Source: Myxococcota bacterium | GTDB lineage: Bacteria; Myxococcota_A; UBA796; CAJQPC01 | Direction: 5' to 3' | DNA: 64,000 bases | NCBI GenBank assembly: GCA_036229005.1 | Contig: JAZAMN010000011.1 | Location: 96,001-160,000 of the forward strand | Part shown: positions 10,235-20,400 of the stretch, piece by piece | Position numbering within the stretch: the stretch's first letter is position 1 | How the letters are laid out: every line of letters begins with the position of its first letter | Made by a program: the position numbers and the translations under genes | The notes under the pieces: generated by a model | What the model saw: only the letters and a program-made list of their open reading frames with translations | The model's database searches: none | What the model was told of the DNA's origin: nothing

Positions 10235-12220
10235 ATGGCGGACAGCCCCATCCTCACTTTTGAGGTCTACCGAGACAGCAACTTCCTCTTCCGCGAGGAC
10301 CTGTCTGCGGAGAGCATCACCATCGGCAAGGGCCCCGCAGCCATGCTCCGCATCGAGGACGATGCGCTGCAGGACCTGCAGGCTGTCGTGAACGTCAACG
10401 ATGACGGCAGCGTGCAGTTGCTGGACCTCGTCGGCGAAGGCACCAAGGTGAATGGCTCCAGCGTGGTCAACACCACCCTGAACAACGGCGACACCATCGA
10501 GGTCGGCGCGATCCGCGTCATCATTGGTATCTCCGGCGCCGCCGAGTTCGACGACGAGGAGGCCACCCAGATGGTGCAGGCCCCCGAGGTCGGCGAGCAC
10601 ATCGAGGACGAGGCGACCGACCACGGCGAGAAGGGCGGCTTCGCCCTCAAGTCCAAGAGCGAGGTCAGCGCAGACGCTTCGGCAGCCGCAACCGAGGGCG
10701 AGGAGCCCGAGGAGCAGTACACCGAAGATGTCATGGCCTTCATCATGCGCTCCGGTACCGGCCAGAGCGATGTGGGCAACGACAACAAGCGCCCCCCCGT
10801 CCTGGAGGTCTCCCAGATCTGGGGCGATCAGGTCGTGGACACCAAGCACTACGGCAAGGGTGGCAAGCCGGTCACGGTGGGTACCTCCACGGGCCAGCGC
10901 ATGCGCTTCATGAGCCACCCCTTTGGCTGGGGACCTGAGTTCGTTCCCGGTGTCCTGTGGCTCACCGGCGGCATCCTGTCCGCCACCCAGGAGTGGAAGA
11001 ACGAGTTCTACGTCCCCCCCGAGGACGTGGCTGAGGAGGGCTACCAGCTCTTCACCTGGTCCGGCGGCTCCTGGACCGCGAACATCTCCGACAAGTGGAG
11101 CGGTTTCGTCGACATCGGCGAGCAGCGCCACACCATCCAGGAGATGATCGAGTCCGGCAAGGCCACTGGCGGCGGCGGCAGCTACTCCATCGAGATCACC
11201 GACGACACCCGCCTGGTCCTGGACCTGGGCAACGTCGTGTTCTTCGCTCAGATGGTGCCCTCCTCCAAGGCCATCGTGTCCAAGGTCACCGACAACCTGG
11301 ACTACCCCTTCCTGGGCATCATGTTCTTCACCGTGTTCCTCGGCATCATGGCCGGGGTCCTGGTGTGGAACGCTCCTCCCGTGAAGAGCACCGGCCTGAA
11401 CGAGGTCCCGGACCGCTTCGTTGAGCTGCTGCTCGAGGAGCCGCCCCCCGAGCCCCCCAAGGAGAAGTCCAAGCCCTCCGGAAACCCCGACGCGGGTGAG
11501 GGTGCCAAGGCCAAGCGCGAAGAGGGCAAGGTCGGCAAGAAGGACGCCAAGATGGAGCGGGCCAAGGGCAACAAGGTCGAGATGAACAAGCGTCAGATCG
11601 ACAAGGAGATCGCCGAGAACGCCGGCGTCCTCGGTGCCATGCGTGATGGCGGCGAGATGGACGGCGTGTTCGGCTCCTCCGGCCTGAACTCCGACATCGC
11701 TGGCGGCATCGGCGGCCTCATCGGCGCCAAGGGCACCCAGATCGGCTCCGGCGGTCTCGGCTCCCGCGGCTCCGGCCTCGGCGGCGGCGGTACCGCTGAG
11801 GGTCTCGGTGGTCTCGGCACCAAGGGCCGTGGCTCCGGCTCCTCCGGCTACGGTACCGGCGGCGGCAACTTCGGCGCCAAGGGCGAGGGTGGCATCGGCC
11901 GGATCGGTGGTGACCCCATCATCCTCGGTGCACTGGACAAGAGCCTGATCGACGCCGTCATCAAGCGCAACATGTCGCAGATCCGCTACTGCTACCAGCG
12001 TGAGCTGACCAAGAACCCCTCCCTGGGCGGCAAGATCGTCGTGAAGTTCGTCATCGCCAAGGACGGGTCCGTGTCCTCCGCGTCGACCAAGGCGACCACG
12101 ATGAACAACAAGGCCGTGGAGAGCTGCATCAACGGGCGCTTCATGCGCTTCAAGTTCCCCGAGCCCAAGGGCGGCGGCATCGTCATCGTGTCCTACCCCT
12201 TCATCTTCTCCCCCGGCTGA
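10235..12220 (+). CDS. gltG: GltG-like protein: FHA domain, TM helix, Gly-rich linker, TonB C-terminal (AgmX/PglI) domain
   Basis: N-terminal FHA-like (ITIGKG...GTKVNG); C-terminal IRYCYQREL...FPEPKGGGIVIVSYPF. Confidence 0.9.
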   Translation: MADSPILTFEVYRDSNFLFREDLSAESITIGKGPAAMLRIEDDALQDLQAVVNVNDDGSVQLLDLVGEGTKVNGSSVVNTTLNNGDTIEVGAIRVIIGISGAAEFDDEEATQMVQAPEVGEHIEDEATDHGEKGGFALKSKSEVSADASAAATEGEEPEEQYTEDVMAFIMRSGTGQSDVGNDNKRPPVLEVSQIWGDQVVDTKHYGKGGKPVTVGTSTGQRMRFMSHPFGWGPEFVPGVLWLTGGILSATQEWKNEFYVPPEDVAEEGYQLFTWSGGSWTANISDKWSGFVDIGEQRHTIQEMIESGKATGGGGSYSIEITDDTRLVLDLGNVVFFAQMVPSSKAIVSKVTDNLDYPFLGIMFFTVFLGIMAGVLVWNAPPVKSTGLNEVPDRFVELLLEEPPPEPPKEKSKPSGNPDAGEGAKAKREEGKVGKKDAKMERAKGNKVEMNKRQIDKEIAENAGVLGAMRDGGEMDGVFGSSGLNSDIAGGIGGLIGAKGTQIGSGGLGSRGSGLGGGGTAEGLGGLGTKGRGSGSSGYGTGGGNFGAKGEGGIGRIGGDPIILGALDKSLIDAVIKRNMSQIRYCYQRELTKNPSLGGKIVVKFVIAKDGSVSSASTKATTMNNKAVESCINGRFMRFKFPEPKGGGIVIVSYPFIFSPG

Positions 12221-12240
12221 TCCAGCCATCGGAGACTCCA

Positions 12241-12269
12241 AGGGCTCGGCATCCAGCCGGGCCTTTGTT
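12241..12269 (+). terminator. Probable intrinsic terminator
   Basis: AGGGCTCGGC-atcca-GCCGGGCCTT-TGTT. Confidence 0.65.
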
Positions 12270-12391
12270 GCATCCGGGCCAACGCTCCTGCGCTGCGGCC
12301 TGTCTGTCCTGCGAAACCTCTCCGCGTGTGTTAAAACGCGGGGCCAGTGCGGAGGCTCTCTGAGCGCTCCGCGATCTCTCCGAGGTAGCTG

Positions 12392-13108
12392 ATGTCCCTG
12401 TCCCTGTCCTACGCGCTGCTGACCAGCCTCATCTCCACCCCCGCCATGGCGCAGGGGATTGACGGCCTCGACGACCCCGTCGAGGAGCAGGAGAGCGCAC
12501 GCCGGCCCCGCAAGGAAGAGGTGGTGAAGGAGGTCAACAAGGGCTTCTACGCCAAGTCCAGCTTTGGCGGCGCCGGCTACATCCTGGAGCTCGCTCCCGC
12601 GCTGCGCGCAGGCAGCGCGATCGGTCTCGCAGTCGGTCAGGACTTTGTTGACCAGGAGAAGACCTCGATGGCTTGGGAGGTCGCCCTGCTCCAGGGTGTC
12701 CACAACGGCTGCAGCTACATCTACCAGGCGGACGGCACCTGCCAGGGTGGCACCCCCGGCCCCTTCATCCAGGGCGACACCCGCACCTACTCGATGCTCG
12801 CAAACTACGAGTTCTCGAAGTACCCCACCCGCCGCATCGGCCTCGGCGTTCGCGCAGGTGGTGGCGTGCTCTTCGCTCCCCTGCTGATGGATCCTGACGC
12901 CTACCAGCGTGACGTGGTCGCCGGCGAGTGGGGCGGCAACGACGGCTTCTACCACAACGGCGCCAAGCCCCTGGGCTTCGGCGGCGTCACCTTCGAGTAC
13001 TACAGCAAGCTCTCCCACTTCTCGGTGGGTGCAGATGCCGACGTGTTCTACGCGGTGAACTTCGACCTGGGCTACAACGCCACCGGGTACTTCAAGTACA
13101 CCTTCTGA
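12392..13108 (+). CDS. gltH: Outer-membrane beta-barrel GltH/CglE-like
   Basis: EVNKGFY, FEYYSKLSHFSVG, terminal KYTF; follows gltG. Confidence 0.8.
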   Translation: MSLSLSYALLTSLISTPAMAQGIDGLDDPVEEQESARRPRKEEVVKEVNKGFYAKSSFGGAGYILELAPALRAGSAIGLAVGQDFVDQEKTSMAWEVALLQGVHNGCSYIYQADGTCQGGTPGPFIQGDTRTYSMLANYEFSKYPTRRIGLGVRAGGGVLFAPLLMDPDAYQRDVVAGEWGGNDGFYHNGAKPLGFGGVTFEYYSKLSHFSVGADADVFYAVNFDLGYNATGYFKYTF

Positions 13109-13127
13109 GCGCACGCTCGCTCGCTCC

Positions 13128-13155
13128 ACGGCCCCGCATGGGGCCGTTTTCATTT
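13128..13155 (+). terminator. Intrinsic terminator
   Basis: ACGGCCCC-gcat-GGGGCCGT-TTTCATTT. Confidence 0.75.
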
Positions 13156-13273
13156 GTCCTTCGTTCAGTCAAGACTTGGCGAAGCCCTCCTCTGCGCGCT
13201 ACCAGGCGCGACGGCACCGACGGTCCCTCCTACCCGGAGGCGGACCTGCCCAACCATGCACCGGAGTCCCCCC

Positions 13274-14422
13274 ATGCGTGCCCTGGCCCTCATGCCCCTG
13301 CTGCTTCTCCTCCCCGCTTGTGGTCTGGAGACCAACTCGCCGTCCACCAGCGACAGCACCAGCGGTCCTGAGACCTACGGCAACCTGACCATCAGCTCCA
13401 CCAACCTGGACTTCGGTCAGGTCGACGCAGGTACCAGTGCAGAGGCCACCCTCACGCTGAGCAACGAGGGCGTGGATCCCATCGAGCTCCTGGACGCGAG
13501 CACCGACAACGCCGTGTTCGAGGTCATGGACGCCGCCTCCCTGCTGCCCATCACCATCCAGGCCGGCGGCTCCGCCAGCCTGGATGTGTCCTTCACCCCC
13601 GACCGTGCTGTGGACTTCGAGGGCGTGATGACCCTCATCACCGACGAGGTCGAGGCCTCCGAGGTCACCGTCGGACTCTACGGCAGCGCCGCAGAGGGTG
13701 GTGGGGATGACACCGGGCCCCAGGTGACGGGTGGTGAGCTGAGCTTGAGCGTGAGCTCCATCAACTTCGGCAACGTCGAGACCAGCGAGATCGGAGCAGA
13801 GCCTCTGACCATCACCAACATCGGTGACGAGGACGTCCTGCTGGTGAACTTCACGGGCTCCGAGAGCATGTGGGGCTACGGCGGTGAGCTTGCCCTCCCC
13901 TACGTGCTCGGCGCAGGAGAGTCTCGCGAGGTCACCCTGACCGCCACCCCGCCCGCTGAGCAGACCTACAACGGGACGATCACTCTGACCTCGGATGCGA
14001 ACAACGACAGCATTGACATTCCGGTGAGTGTGACGGGGACCTATGACTACGACGGTCCAAGCTCCTACATCGAGTGCCTTGAATGCGAGGGGGGTACCAA
14101 GCTGATCATGAACGCTTTCGGCGGCTTTAGCACCTCCGGAAGCTTCAGTATCGTCAACGATGGCGATCAGGACCTGGTGATTTCCAATGTCACCATGAGT
14201 CAAGACGATGCTCTGTGCAGCGGTTGCAGCTTCTCCATGAGCGGCTTCTCGGGCAAGACAACCCTGCGTCCCGGTGAGAGCCTCCCCATCACGATCAAGT
14301 TCACGCCGGTGACTGGCGGACTTTTTCTCTTTGGTTCGCTCGAGATTTCAAGCAACACACAGGGCGGGAGTGGTCTTGGCCTGACCTCGCTTGACCTTCA
14401 GGGAAATCACTTCTCCCTGTGA
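13274..14422 (+). CDS. Lipoprotein with three ASH/choice-of-anchor D Ig-like domains
   Basis: Lipobox LPA-C; repeated LDFG.V...LTLSN.G...V.F.P modules; SD GGAG. Confidence 0.8.
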   Translation: MRALALMPLLLLLPACGLETNSPSTSDSTSGPETYGNLTISSTNLDFGQVDAGTSAEATLTLSNEGVDPIELLDASTDNAVFEVMDAASLLPITIQAGGSASLDVSFTPDRAVDFEGVMTLITDEVEASEVTVGLYGSAAEGGGDDTGPQVTGGELSLSVSSINFGNVETSEIGAEPLTITNIGDEDVLLVNFTGSESMWGYGGELALPYVLGAGESREVTLTATPPAEQTYNGTITLTSDANNDSIDIPVSVTGTYDYDGPSSYIECLECEGGTKLIMNAFGGFSTSGSFSIVNDGDQDLVISNVTMSQDDALCSGCSFSMSGFSGKTTLRPGESLPITIKFTPVTGGLFLFGSLEISSNTQGGSGLGLTSLDLQGNHFSL

Positions 14423-14488
14423 TGCGTTTTCGCGCCTCTTTGGCTACGATTTGACGTTTCTCGCCTGCCCCGAGACTCTCGGCACGAG

Positions 14489-16333
14489 TCAAATCCCCTC
14501 CCCCCGAAGCAGGAATGCCGTGTCCGAAACGGCAACCGCCCATACGAGCCAAGGGAGGCCACCATCCGCGGCTTCCATCGTGGTTACGCCGCCGTAGGGA
14601 TAACCTCCTCCCAATTCCACCACAGCATGGGGCTGGGACGGGAGAGCCCCGTGAAGCGGGTTGGCCCAAACCTCGACAGTCGGGTTTGTGCCATTGTCCC
14701 TGACACCACCGGCAACCAAATCCAGGTGGCTGTCCCCATCAACATTCCCAGCCTCAAGCCAGTAGACCCCGGTGAGCGAGTCTCCTTCGAGCAGCACGTC
14801 AGCATCCGAGGCATCGTAGTTGTTGAAGGTCTGTGGCCCCCCCAAGAACACGGCCACTTGGCCCACGAACTCGGAATCGTCGGCCTTGCTGGGTACACCG
14901 ACCGCAAAATCGTCGTAGCCATCCTCATCGAGGTCCGCCGCTACCCCGTTGGCTCCCAGCTGCCCCTCCGAGCTGCTGTCTGAAATCGATCCGTCAAAGT
15001 CTTGGACGGTTCGACTGCCGTTGAGCGAATCAGCGTAGAAGAAGTAGAACCGCTCCCCGTGAAGCGCGAGATCCGTTGCCCCATCTCCATCCCAGTCGGA
15101 GAAAACGGGCCGTCCAACATACATCCCAACCTTCACCCCGCTTGAATCGGTGATGACCACGTCCGCACTACCTGCGCCTGTGCCGCTGGTGGGAGCTACG
15201 TCCCAGAGATACACCGAAGCGGCCGAAAAGTCCTTTTCAAGCTGCGTGATCGCAAGACTCCCCTCATGTCCAACGACGCTCCATCCAAAGTACACGGAGT
15301 TTCGTTCCCTCTCAATCAGGACGTCTGCGCTGGCACCCAAGCCTGCGCTCCCCCCGAGAAAGAGCCTGACATACTCATTGGTCGCTCCGTACTCTGGCAC
15401 CAAGTTGGCGTTTCCAACGGCCAGGTCTTCGAAGCCATCGCCGTCCAAGTCTCCGGCCCAGAGTGACCCACCTACCTCATGGTAGTAGCCCTCCTCTGGC
15501 GTGTACTCCCAATCGGCACCGGCGGTCGACAAGACCGTCGTATCCCCTGGTTCGTCGAAGAGGTAGACGGCTCCCCTTCCATTGTCCGGTGCCCCAAGAA
15601 CTAGCGAGTCCGCCCCATCCCCATCAAAGTCACCTGCAGCCAGTCCCCAACCCAAGTGGAAGTTGGAACTGGATGAAACGACCACACCGGCATCACCAGC
15701 ACTCCACTCCCCCACCAACCCACACTCCGGCGCCCCCCCACTGCAGTCATTGTCGATGCCGTCCCCGCACACCTCCGTGCGGCCCGGGTTCGCCTGGGTC
15801 TGCTCGTCGTCGCAGTCCCCCGCTACCTGGACGTGCCCCACGGGCACATCACAAGCCTCGATCGCGCCGGCATCGTCGCCGTAGCCGTCTGAGTCGCCGT
15901 CCGGGTACCAGGTCAGGAACTCCAGCCCGTCGTCCTCGACGCCGTCACAGTCCTGATCGATGCCGTCGCAGACCTCCAGCTGACCGGGGTGGACCGAGGC
16001 GTTCCAGTCATCACAATCCTCTCCCTGCAGGACGTGCCCAGGCTCGAGCGCGCAGGAGTCGAAAGCCCCAGCGTCGTCGCCCCACCCGTCCCCGTCCTCG
16101 TCCGGGTACCAGGTCAGGAACTCCTGGCCCTCGTCCACGCTGCCGTCGCAGTCCTGGTCCACATCGTCGCAGTCCTCGCCCGCTCCGGGAAAGATCGCTG
16201 CGTCCTCGTCATCGCAGTCCGGACCGCCGAACTCCGCGGAGGGGAAGCCGTCCCCATCCATGTCCCGAGCCTGCTCGTACAGGTCGCGGTACTCCGCGGG
16301 ACTCGTCAGACACCCCACCAGCCAGATCCACAT
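14489..16333 (-). CDS. Lipoprotein with MopE-type (DCDD..PG..E.CDG.D.DCDG) repeats and FG-GAP integrin-alpha-like propeller
   Basis: Three Cys/Asp repeats then GDFDGDG..LVLGAP motifs; SD GAGGAGGT before ATG 16333. Confidence 0.85.
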   Translation of the reverse strand: MWIWLVGCLTSPAEYRDLYEQARDMDGDGFPSAEFGGPDCDDEDAAIFPGAGEDCDDVDQDCDGSVDEGQEFLTWYPDEDGDGWGDDAGAFDSCALEPGHVLQGEDCDDWNASVHPGQLEVCDGIDQDCDGVEDDGLEFLTWYPDGDSDGYGDDAGAIEACDVPVGHVQVAGDCDDEQTQANPGRTEVCGDGIDNDCSGGAPECGLVGEWSAGDAGVVVSSSSNFHLGWGLAAGDFDGDGADSLVLGAPDNGRGAVYLFDEPGDTTVLSTAGADWEYTPEEGYYHEVGGSLWAGDLDGDGFEDLAVGNANLVPEYGATNEYVRLFLGGSAGLGASADVLIERERNSVYFGWSVVGHEGSLAITQLEKDFSAASVYLWDVAPTSGTGAGSADVVITDSSGVKVGMYVGRPVFSDWDGDGATDLALHGERFYFFYADSLNGSRTVQDFDGSISDSSSEGQLGANGVAADLDEDGYDDFAVGVPSKADDSEFVGQVAVFLGGPQTFNNYDASDADVLLEGDSLTGVYWLEAGNVDGDSHLDLVAGGVRDNGTNPTVEVWANPLHGALPSQPHAVVELGGGYPYGGVTTMEAADGGLPWLVWAVAVSDTAFLLRGEGI

Positions 16334-16364
16334 TCTGACCTCCTCTTGGCCCCTTGATAGCACA

Positions 16365-16383
16365 ACGGGTGACCTCGCTTGGG
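16365..16383 (-). repeat. Dispersed 19-bp repeat copy 1
   Basis: CCCAAGCGAGGTCACCCGT on minus strand. Confidence 0.65.
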
Positions 16384-16461
16384 GGAGTTGGAGGAGGTGC
16401 CGACAGGACCCGGATCCCTGGATGGTGATCCCCGCAACTGGGGTCCACCGGGGTCCTCTCC

Positions 16462-16490
16462 TTGCCGAAGAGAGGGTGCTGGGCTACATG
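16462..16490 (+). promoter_or_regulatory. Sigma70-type promoter of rplC
   Basis: TTGCCG-N17-TACATG. Confidence 0.5.
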
Positions 16491-16571
16491 CGCCCGGCTG
16501 CGGGACACCTCCCGCGCTGCATTCCGTAAGAAGGCGGCAATGAAGCCGTCGTCCAATGCGAGGACATCAGA

Positions 16572-17213
16572 ATGAACAAGAACCCCGGCATCCTTGGCCG
16601 CAAGATCGGCATGACCCAGTTCTTCAACGAGGACGGCACCGTCGTCCCCGTGACCGTCGTCGAGGCGGGCCCCATGGTCGTGACCCAGATCAAGACCGTC
16701 GACACCGACGGCTACAACGCCATCCAGGTCGGCTTCGCCTCCCAGAAGGAAGGCCGCCTCAACAAGGCCATGAAGGGTCACTACGCCAAGGCTGGCGTGG
16801 CTCCCGCCAAGCTCCTCCGTGAGTTCCGCATGGACGACGTCTCCGGCTACACCGTCGGCCAGGAGATCAAGGTGGGCGAGGTCTTCGAGGCTGGCCAGAA
16901 GATCGACGTGACCGGCACCTCCAAGGGTCGCGGCTTCGCTGGCGTCATGAAGCGCCACAACTTCGCTGGCTTCATCCGCTCCCACGGTACCCACGAGTTC
17001 TTCCGTCACGGTGGCTCCATCGGTACCCGCCTGACCCCCGGCCACGTCGCCAAGGGCAAGAAGATGCCCGGTCACATGGGCGCCGCACGCACCACCGTGC
17101 AGAACCTGACCGTCGCCAAGGTCGACGCTGAGCAGAACCTGCTCTACATCAAGGGCGGCATCCCCGGCGCGCGCAACAAGCTCGTGATCGTCAAGGGCGC
17201 TGTCAAGGCCTGA
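16572..17213 (+). CDS. rplC: 50S ribosomal protein uL3 (stand-alone)
   Basis: GRKIGMTQ, DGYNAIQ, GTSKGRGFAG, KKMPGHMG. Confidence 0.98.
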   Translation: MNKNPGILGRKIGMTQFFNEDGTVVPVTVVEAGPMVVTQIKTVDTDGYNAIQVGFASQKEGRLNKAMKGHYAKAGVAPAKLLREFRMDDVSGYTVGQEIKVGEVFEAGQKIDVTGTSKGRGFAGVMKRHNFAGFIRSHGTHEFFRHGGSIGTRLTPGHVAKGKKMPGHMGAARTTVQNLTVAKVDAEQNLLYIKGGIPGARNKLVIVKGAVKA

Positions 17214-17235
17214 TCGGTCTCCGCGCCACACGCTG

Positions 17236-17260
17236 GGTCGGTCCTTCGGGGCCGGCCTTT
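17236..17260 (+). terminator. Intrinsic terminator after rplC
   Basis: GGTCGGTCC-TTCG-GGGCCGGCC-TTT. Confidence 0.7.
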
Positions 17261-17312
17261 CGTGCTCTGGGGGATGGGGTTGTTAGGCTCTTCGACGAGC
17301 CAGGAGGCCCCT

Positions 17313-18008
17313 GTGAACAAGGTCTACGCGTCGGCCCAAGAAGCCGTCGCTGACATCCCCGACAACGCCGTGCTGATGGCGGGAGGCTTCGGTCTCTGCG
17401 GCATCCCCGAGACGCTGATCGCGGCTCTCGTGGAGGCAGGCCCCGCTGGCCTGACCTTCGTGTCCAACAACGCCGGCGTGGACGACTTCGGGCTGGGGCT
17501 GCTGCTCCAGACCCGCCAGATCAAGAAGATGATCAGCTCCTACGTGGGCGAGAACAAGACCTTCGAGCAGCAGTTCCTGAGCGGCGAGCTCGAGGTGGAG
17601 CTCACCCCCCAAGGCACCCTGGCGGAGCGCATCCGGGCAGGCGGCGCCGGCATCCCGGCCTTCTACACCCCCACCGGCGTCGGCACGCTGGTCGCCGAGG
17701 GCAAGGAGACCCGCGAGTTCGAGGGGCGCACCTACGTCCTGGAGCGCGCGCTGACCGCCGATTTCGGGCTGGTCAAGGCCTGGAAGGGCGACACCCACGG
17801 CAACCTGGTCTTCCGCAAGACCGCCCGGAACTTCAACCCCATGATGGCCATGGCCTCGCGCATCACCATCGCCGAGGTCGAGGAGCTCGTGCAGCCCGGG
17901 GAGTTGGATCCCGATGAGATCCACACCTCCGGCATCTTCGTCCAGCGGATCATCCAGGGCGACCACTACGAGAAGCGCATCGAGCGCCGCACCGTGAAGG
18001 AGGGCTGA
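17313..18008 (+). CDS. scoA: 3-oxoacid CoA-transferase subunit A
   Basis: [37 protein letters not shown] before GTG. Confidence 0.93.
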   Translation: MNKVYASAQEAVADIPDNAVLMAGGFGLCGIPETLIAALVEAGPAGLTFVSNNAGVDDFGLGLLLQTRQIKKMISSYVGENKTFEQQFLSGELEVELTPQGTLAERIRAGGAGIPAFYTPTGVGTLVAEGKETREFEGRTYVLERALTADFGLVKAWKGDTHGNLVFRKTARNFNPMMAMASRITIAEVEELVQPGELDPDEIHTSGIFVQRIIQGDHYEKRIERRTVKEG

Positions 18009-18011
18009 GAG

Positions 18012-18668
18012 ATGGCCACCGACCGCAATGGCATCGTCGCCCGCGCCTCCCAAGAGCTGCGCGATGGCTACTACGTGAACCTGGGCATCGGCATCCCGAC
18101 CCTCGTCGCCAACCACATCCCCCAGGGCATGAACATCGTCCTGCACTCGGAGAACGGCCTGCTGGGCATGGGGCCCTTCCCCGCCGAAGCCGACGTGGAC
18201 GCCGACCTGATCAACGCCGGAAAGCAGACCGTTACCGCGCTCCCCGGCGCCGCCTTCTTCGACTCCTCCACCAGCTTCGCGATGGTCCGTGGCGGCCACG
18301 TCGACCTGACCATCCTGGGCGCCATGCAGGTCTCCGAGCGCGGCGACCTGGCCAACTGGATGATCCCCGGGAAGATGGTCAAGGGCATGGGAGGCGCCAT
18401 GGACCTCGTCGCCGGAGCCCGCCGCGTGGTGGTCACCATGACCCACACGAACAAGCGAGGGGAGACCAAGGTGCTCAAGGACTGTGGCCTACCGCTGACC
18501 GGCGTCGGCTGCGTCGACCTGGTGATCACCGATCGCTGCGTCTTCGAGGTGCGTGAGGGTGCGCTCGTCCTGACCGAGCTCGCCCCCGGTGAGAGCGTCG
18601 AGTCCATCCGCGAGGTCACCGAGGCGGACTTCACGGTGGACGGCCCCAAGCCCATGTTCGTGGGCTGA
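18012..18668 (+). CDS. scoB: 3-oxoacid CoA-transferase subunit B
   Basis: NLGIGIP, catalytic [13 protein letters not shown]. Confidence 0.93.
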   Translation: MATDRNGIVARASQELRDGYYVNLGIGIPTLVANHIPQGMNIVLHSENGLLGMGPFPAEADVDADLINAGKQTVTALPGAAFFDSSTSFAMVRGGHVDLTILGAMQVSERGDLANWMIPGKMVKGMGGAMDLVAGARRVVVTMTHTNKRGETKVLKDCGLPLTGVGCVDLVITDRCVFEVREGALVLTELAPGESVESIREVTEADFTVDGPKPMFVG

Positions 18669-18673
18669 AGACT

Positions 18674-18707
18674 CCGGAGGCTCCCCTCACCAGGAGGAGC
18701 CTCCCGG
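18674..18707. terminator. Hairpin between convergent scoB and guaB
   Basis: GGAGGCTCC...GGAGCCTCC inverted repeat, no T tract. Confidence 0.5.
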
Positions 18708-18711
18708 GCGC

Positions 18712-20187
18712 TCACCCCATGCGGTAGTTGGGCGCCTCTTCCGTGATGGTCACGTCGTGCACGTGGCTCTCACGCAGGCCGCTGGACGACATCCGCACAA
18801 AGTGCGTGTCCTCCTTCATGGCCTTGATGTCCTTGGAGCCCGTGTAGCCCATCGACGCGCGCAGGCCGCCCACCAGCTGGTAGACGACATCCGCCACCGG
18901 GCCCTTGTAGGGGACCCGACCGGAGATGCCCTCGGGCACGAGCTTGCGGGTCTCGGCCTCGGGGTCGCCGACCAGGGCGTCCTCCTGGAAGTAACGATCG
19001 GCGGAGCCCGCCTTCATCGCCTCCATCGAGCCCATGCCGCGGTAGCGCTTGAAGCGGCGGCCACCCAGCAGCACGACCTCACCGGGGGCCTCGGAGGTGC
19101 CGGCCAGCATGGAGCCGACCATCACGGTGTCCGCGCCGGCTGCGATGGCCTTGGCGACGTCACCGCTGAACTTGATGCCGCCGTCGGCGATGATCGGGAC
19201 ATCGTGCTTGCGGGCGACCTCGAAGCAGTCGGAGATCGCGGTGAGCTGCGGGACACCGACGCCGGCAACGACGCGGGTCGTGCAGATCGAGCCGGGACCG
19301 ATGCCCACCTTGATGGCGCTCGCGCCGGCCCTGATGCAAGCCTCGGCGGCGCCGGCGGTGGCGATGTTGCCGACGATGATGCGCAGCTCCGGCCAGGTCT
19401 GGCGGGCTGCCTCGGCGGCTCGGAGAACCCCGGCGCTATGTCCGTGGGCGGTGTCGATCACGACCGCGTCCACGCCGGCGTCGACCAGCGCCTGGATCCG
19501 CTCGTTCTGACCGGGGCCCACCGCGGCGGCGCAGCGGAGTCGCCCGCGCTCATCGGTCACCGCCAGCGGGTAGCGGGTGGAGAGTTCGATGTCCTTGATG
19601 GTGATCAGGCCCTTGAGCAGCCCGGCGCCATCGACCACCAGCAGCTTCTCGATCTTGTGGCGCTGCATCAGCTCCTTGCAGCGCTCAAGGTCCGTGCCCG
19701 GGGGGACCGTGACCAGCTCATTGGAGGTCATCACGTCCCGCACGGGCAGGTCGTGGCGCTTCTCGAAGCGCAGGTCCCGGTTGGTGAGGATGCCGACCGC
19801 GCGACCATCGACCGTGACCGGGACGCCCGAGATGCTGTGCAGCCGCATCAGCGCGCGAGCCTGCCCGATGCTGTCGCCCGGCCCCACGGTGATGGGATCC
19901 GCGATCACGCCCGTGACCGCCCGCTTGACCTTGGTGACCTCGGCCGCCTGCTGCTCGGGGGTGAAGTTCTTGTGGATGACCCCCATTCCGCCGACCCGGG
20001 CCATCGCGATGGCGGTTCCAGCCTCGGTGACCGTGTCCATGGCCGCCGAGAGGAGCGGAACGTTCAGGTGCAGGTCGGCCGTCAGACGGCTGGAGACATC
20101 CACCTGGTTGGGCAGCACATCGGAGGCCGCGGGCTGGAGGAGGACGTCGTCGAAGGTGAGTGCCAGACGGGGCTGCTTCTCGAGCAT
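18712..20187 (-). CDS. guaB: IMP dehydrogenase with CBS pair
   Basis: [32 protein letters not shown]. Confidence 0.97.
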   Translation of the reverse strand: MLEKQPRLALTFDDVLLQPAASDVLPNQVDVSSRLTADLHLNVPLLSAAMDTVTEAGTAIAMARVGGMGVIHKNFTPEQQAAEVTKVKRAVTGVIADPITVGPGDSIGQARALMRLHSISGVPVTVDGRAVGILTNRDLRFEKRHDLPVRDVMTSNELVTVPPGTDLERCKELMQRHKIEKLLVVDGAGLLKGLITIKDIELSTRYPLAVTDERGRLRCAAAVGPGQNERIQALVDAGVDAVVIDTAHGHSAGVLRAAEAARQTWPELRIIVGNIATAGAAEACIRAGASAIKVGIGPGSICTTRVVAGVGVPQLTAISDCFEVARKHDVPIIADGGIKFSGDVAKAIAAGADTVMVGSMLAGTSEAPGEVVLLGGRRFKRYRGMGSMEAMKAGSADRYFQEDALVGDPEAETRKLVPEGISGRVPYKGPVADVVYQLVGGLRASMGYTGSKDIKAMKEDTHFVRMSSSGLRESHVHDVTITEEAPNYRMG

Positions 20188-20312
20188 GTGAGCTCCTTTG
20201 CGGCGGGGTAACCGAGCCGGAGAGGCCTGCCGCCCAGGGACACGCAATGGTTGCAGGGGGATCGAGGGAATCCAATGGACGATCCGTGGGTCGATCCTGC
20301 GCCCCGTCAGGG

Positions 20313-20342
20313 TTGACACTGGGTTGTCACCTGCCGTAGAAC
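20313..20342 (+). promoter_or_regulatory. Promoter of TRAP operon with overlapping inverted repeat
   Basis: TTGACA-N18-TAGAAC; TGACA-N6-TGTCA over the -35. Confidence 0.5.
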
Positions 20343-20400
20343 GCACTGCAACTGCGTCAGTCGGCCATTCCGTCGTTCCCCCCTGACCTGTGGAGAGACA

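Noticed and set aside
11640..11910. GGC-rich low-complexity tract
   Set aside because: Encodes the normal Gly-rich linker of GltG
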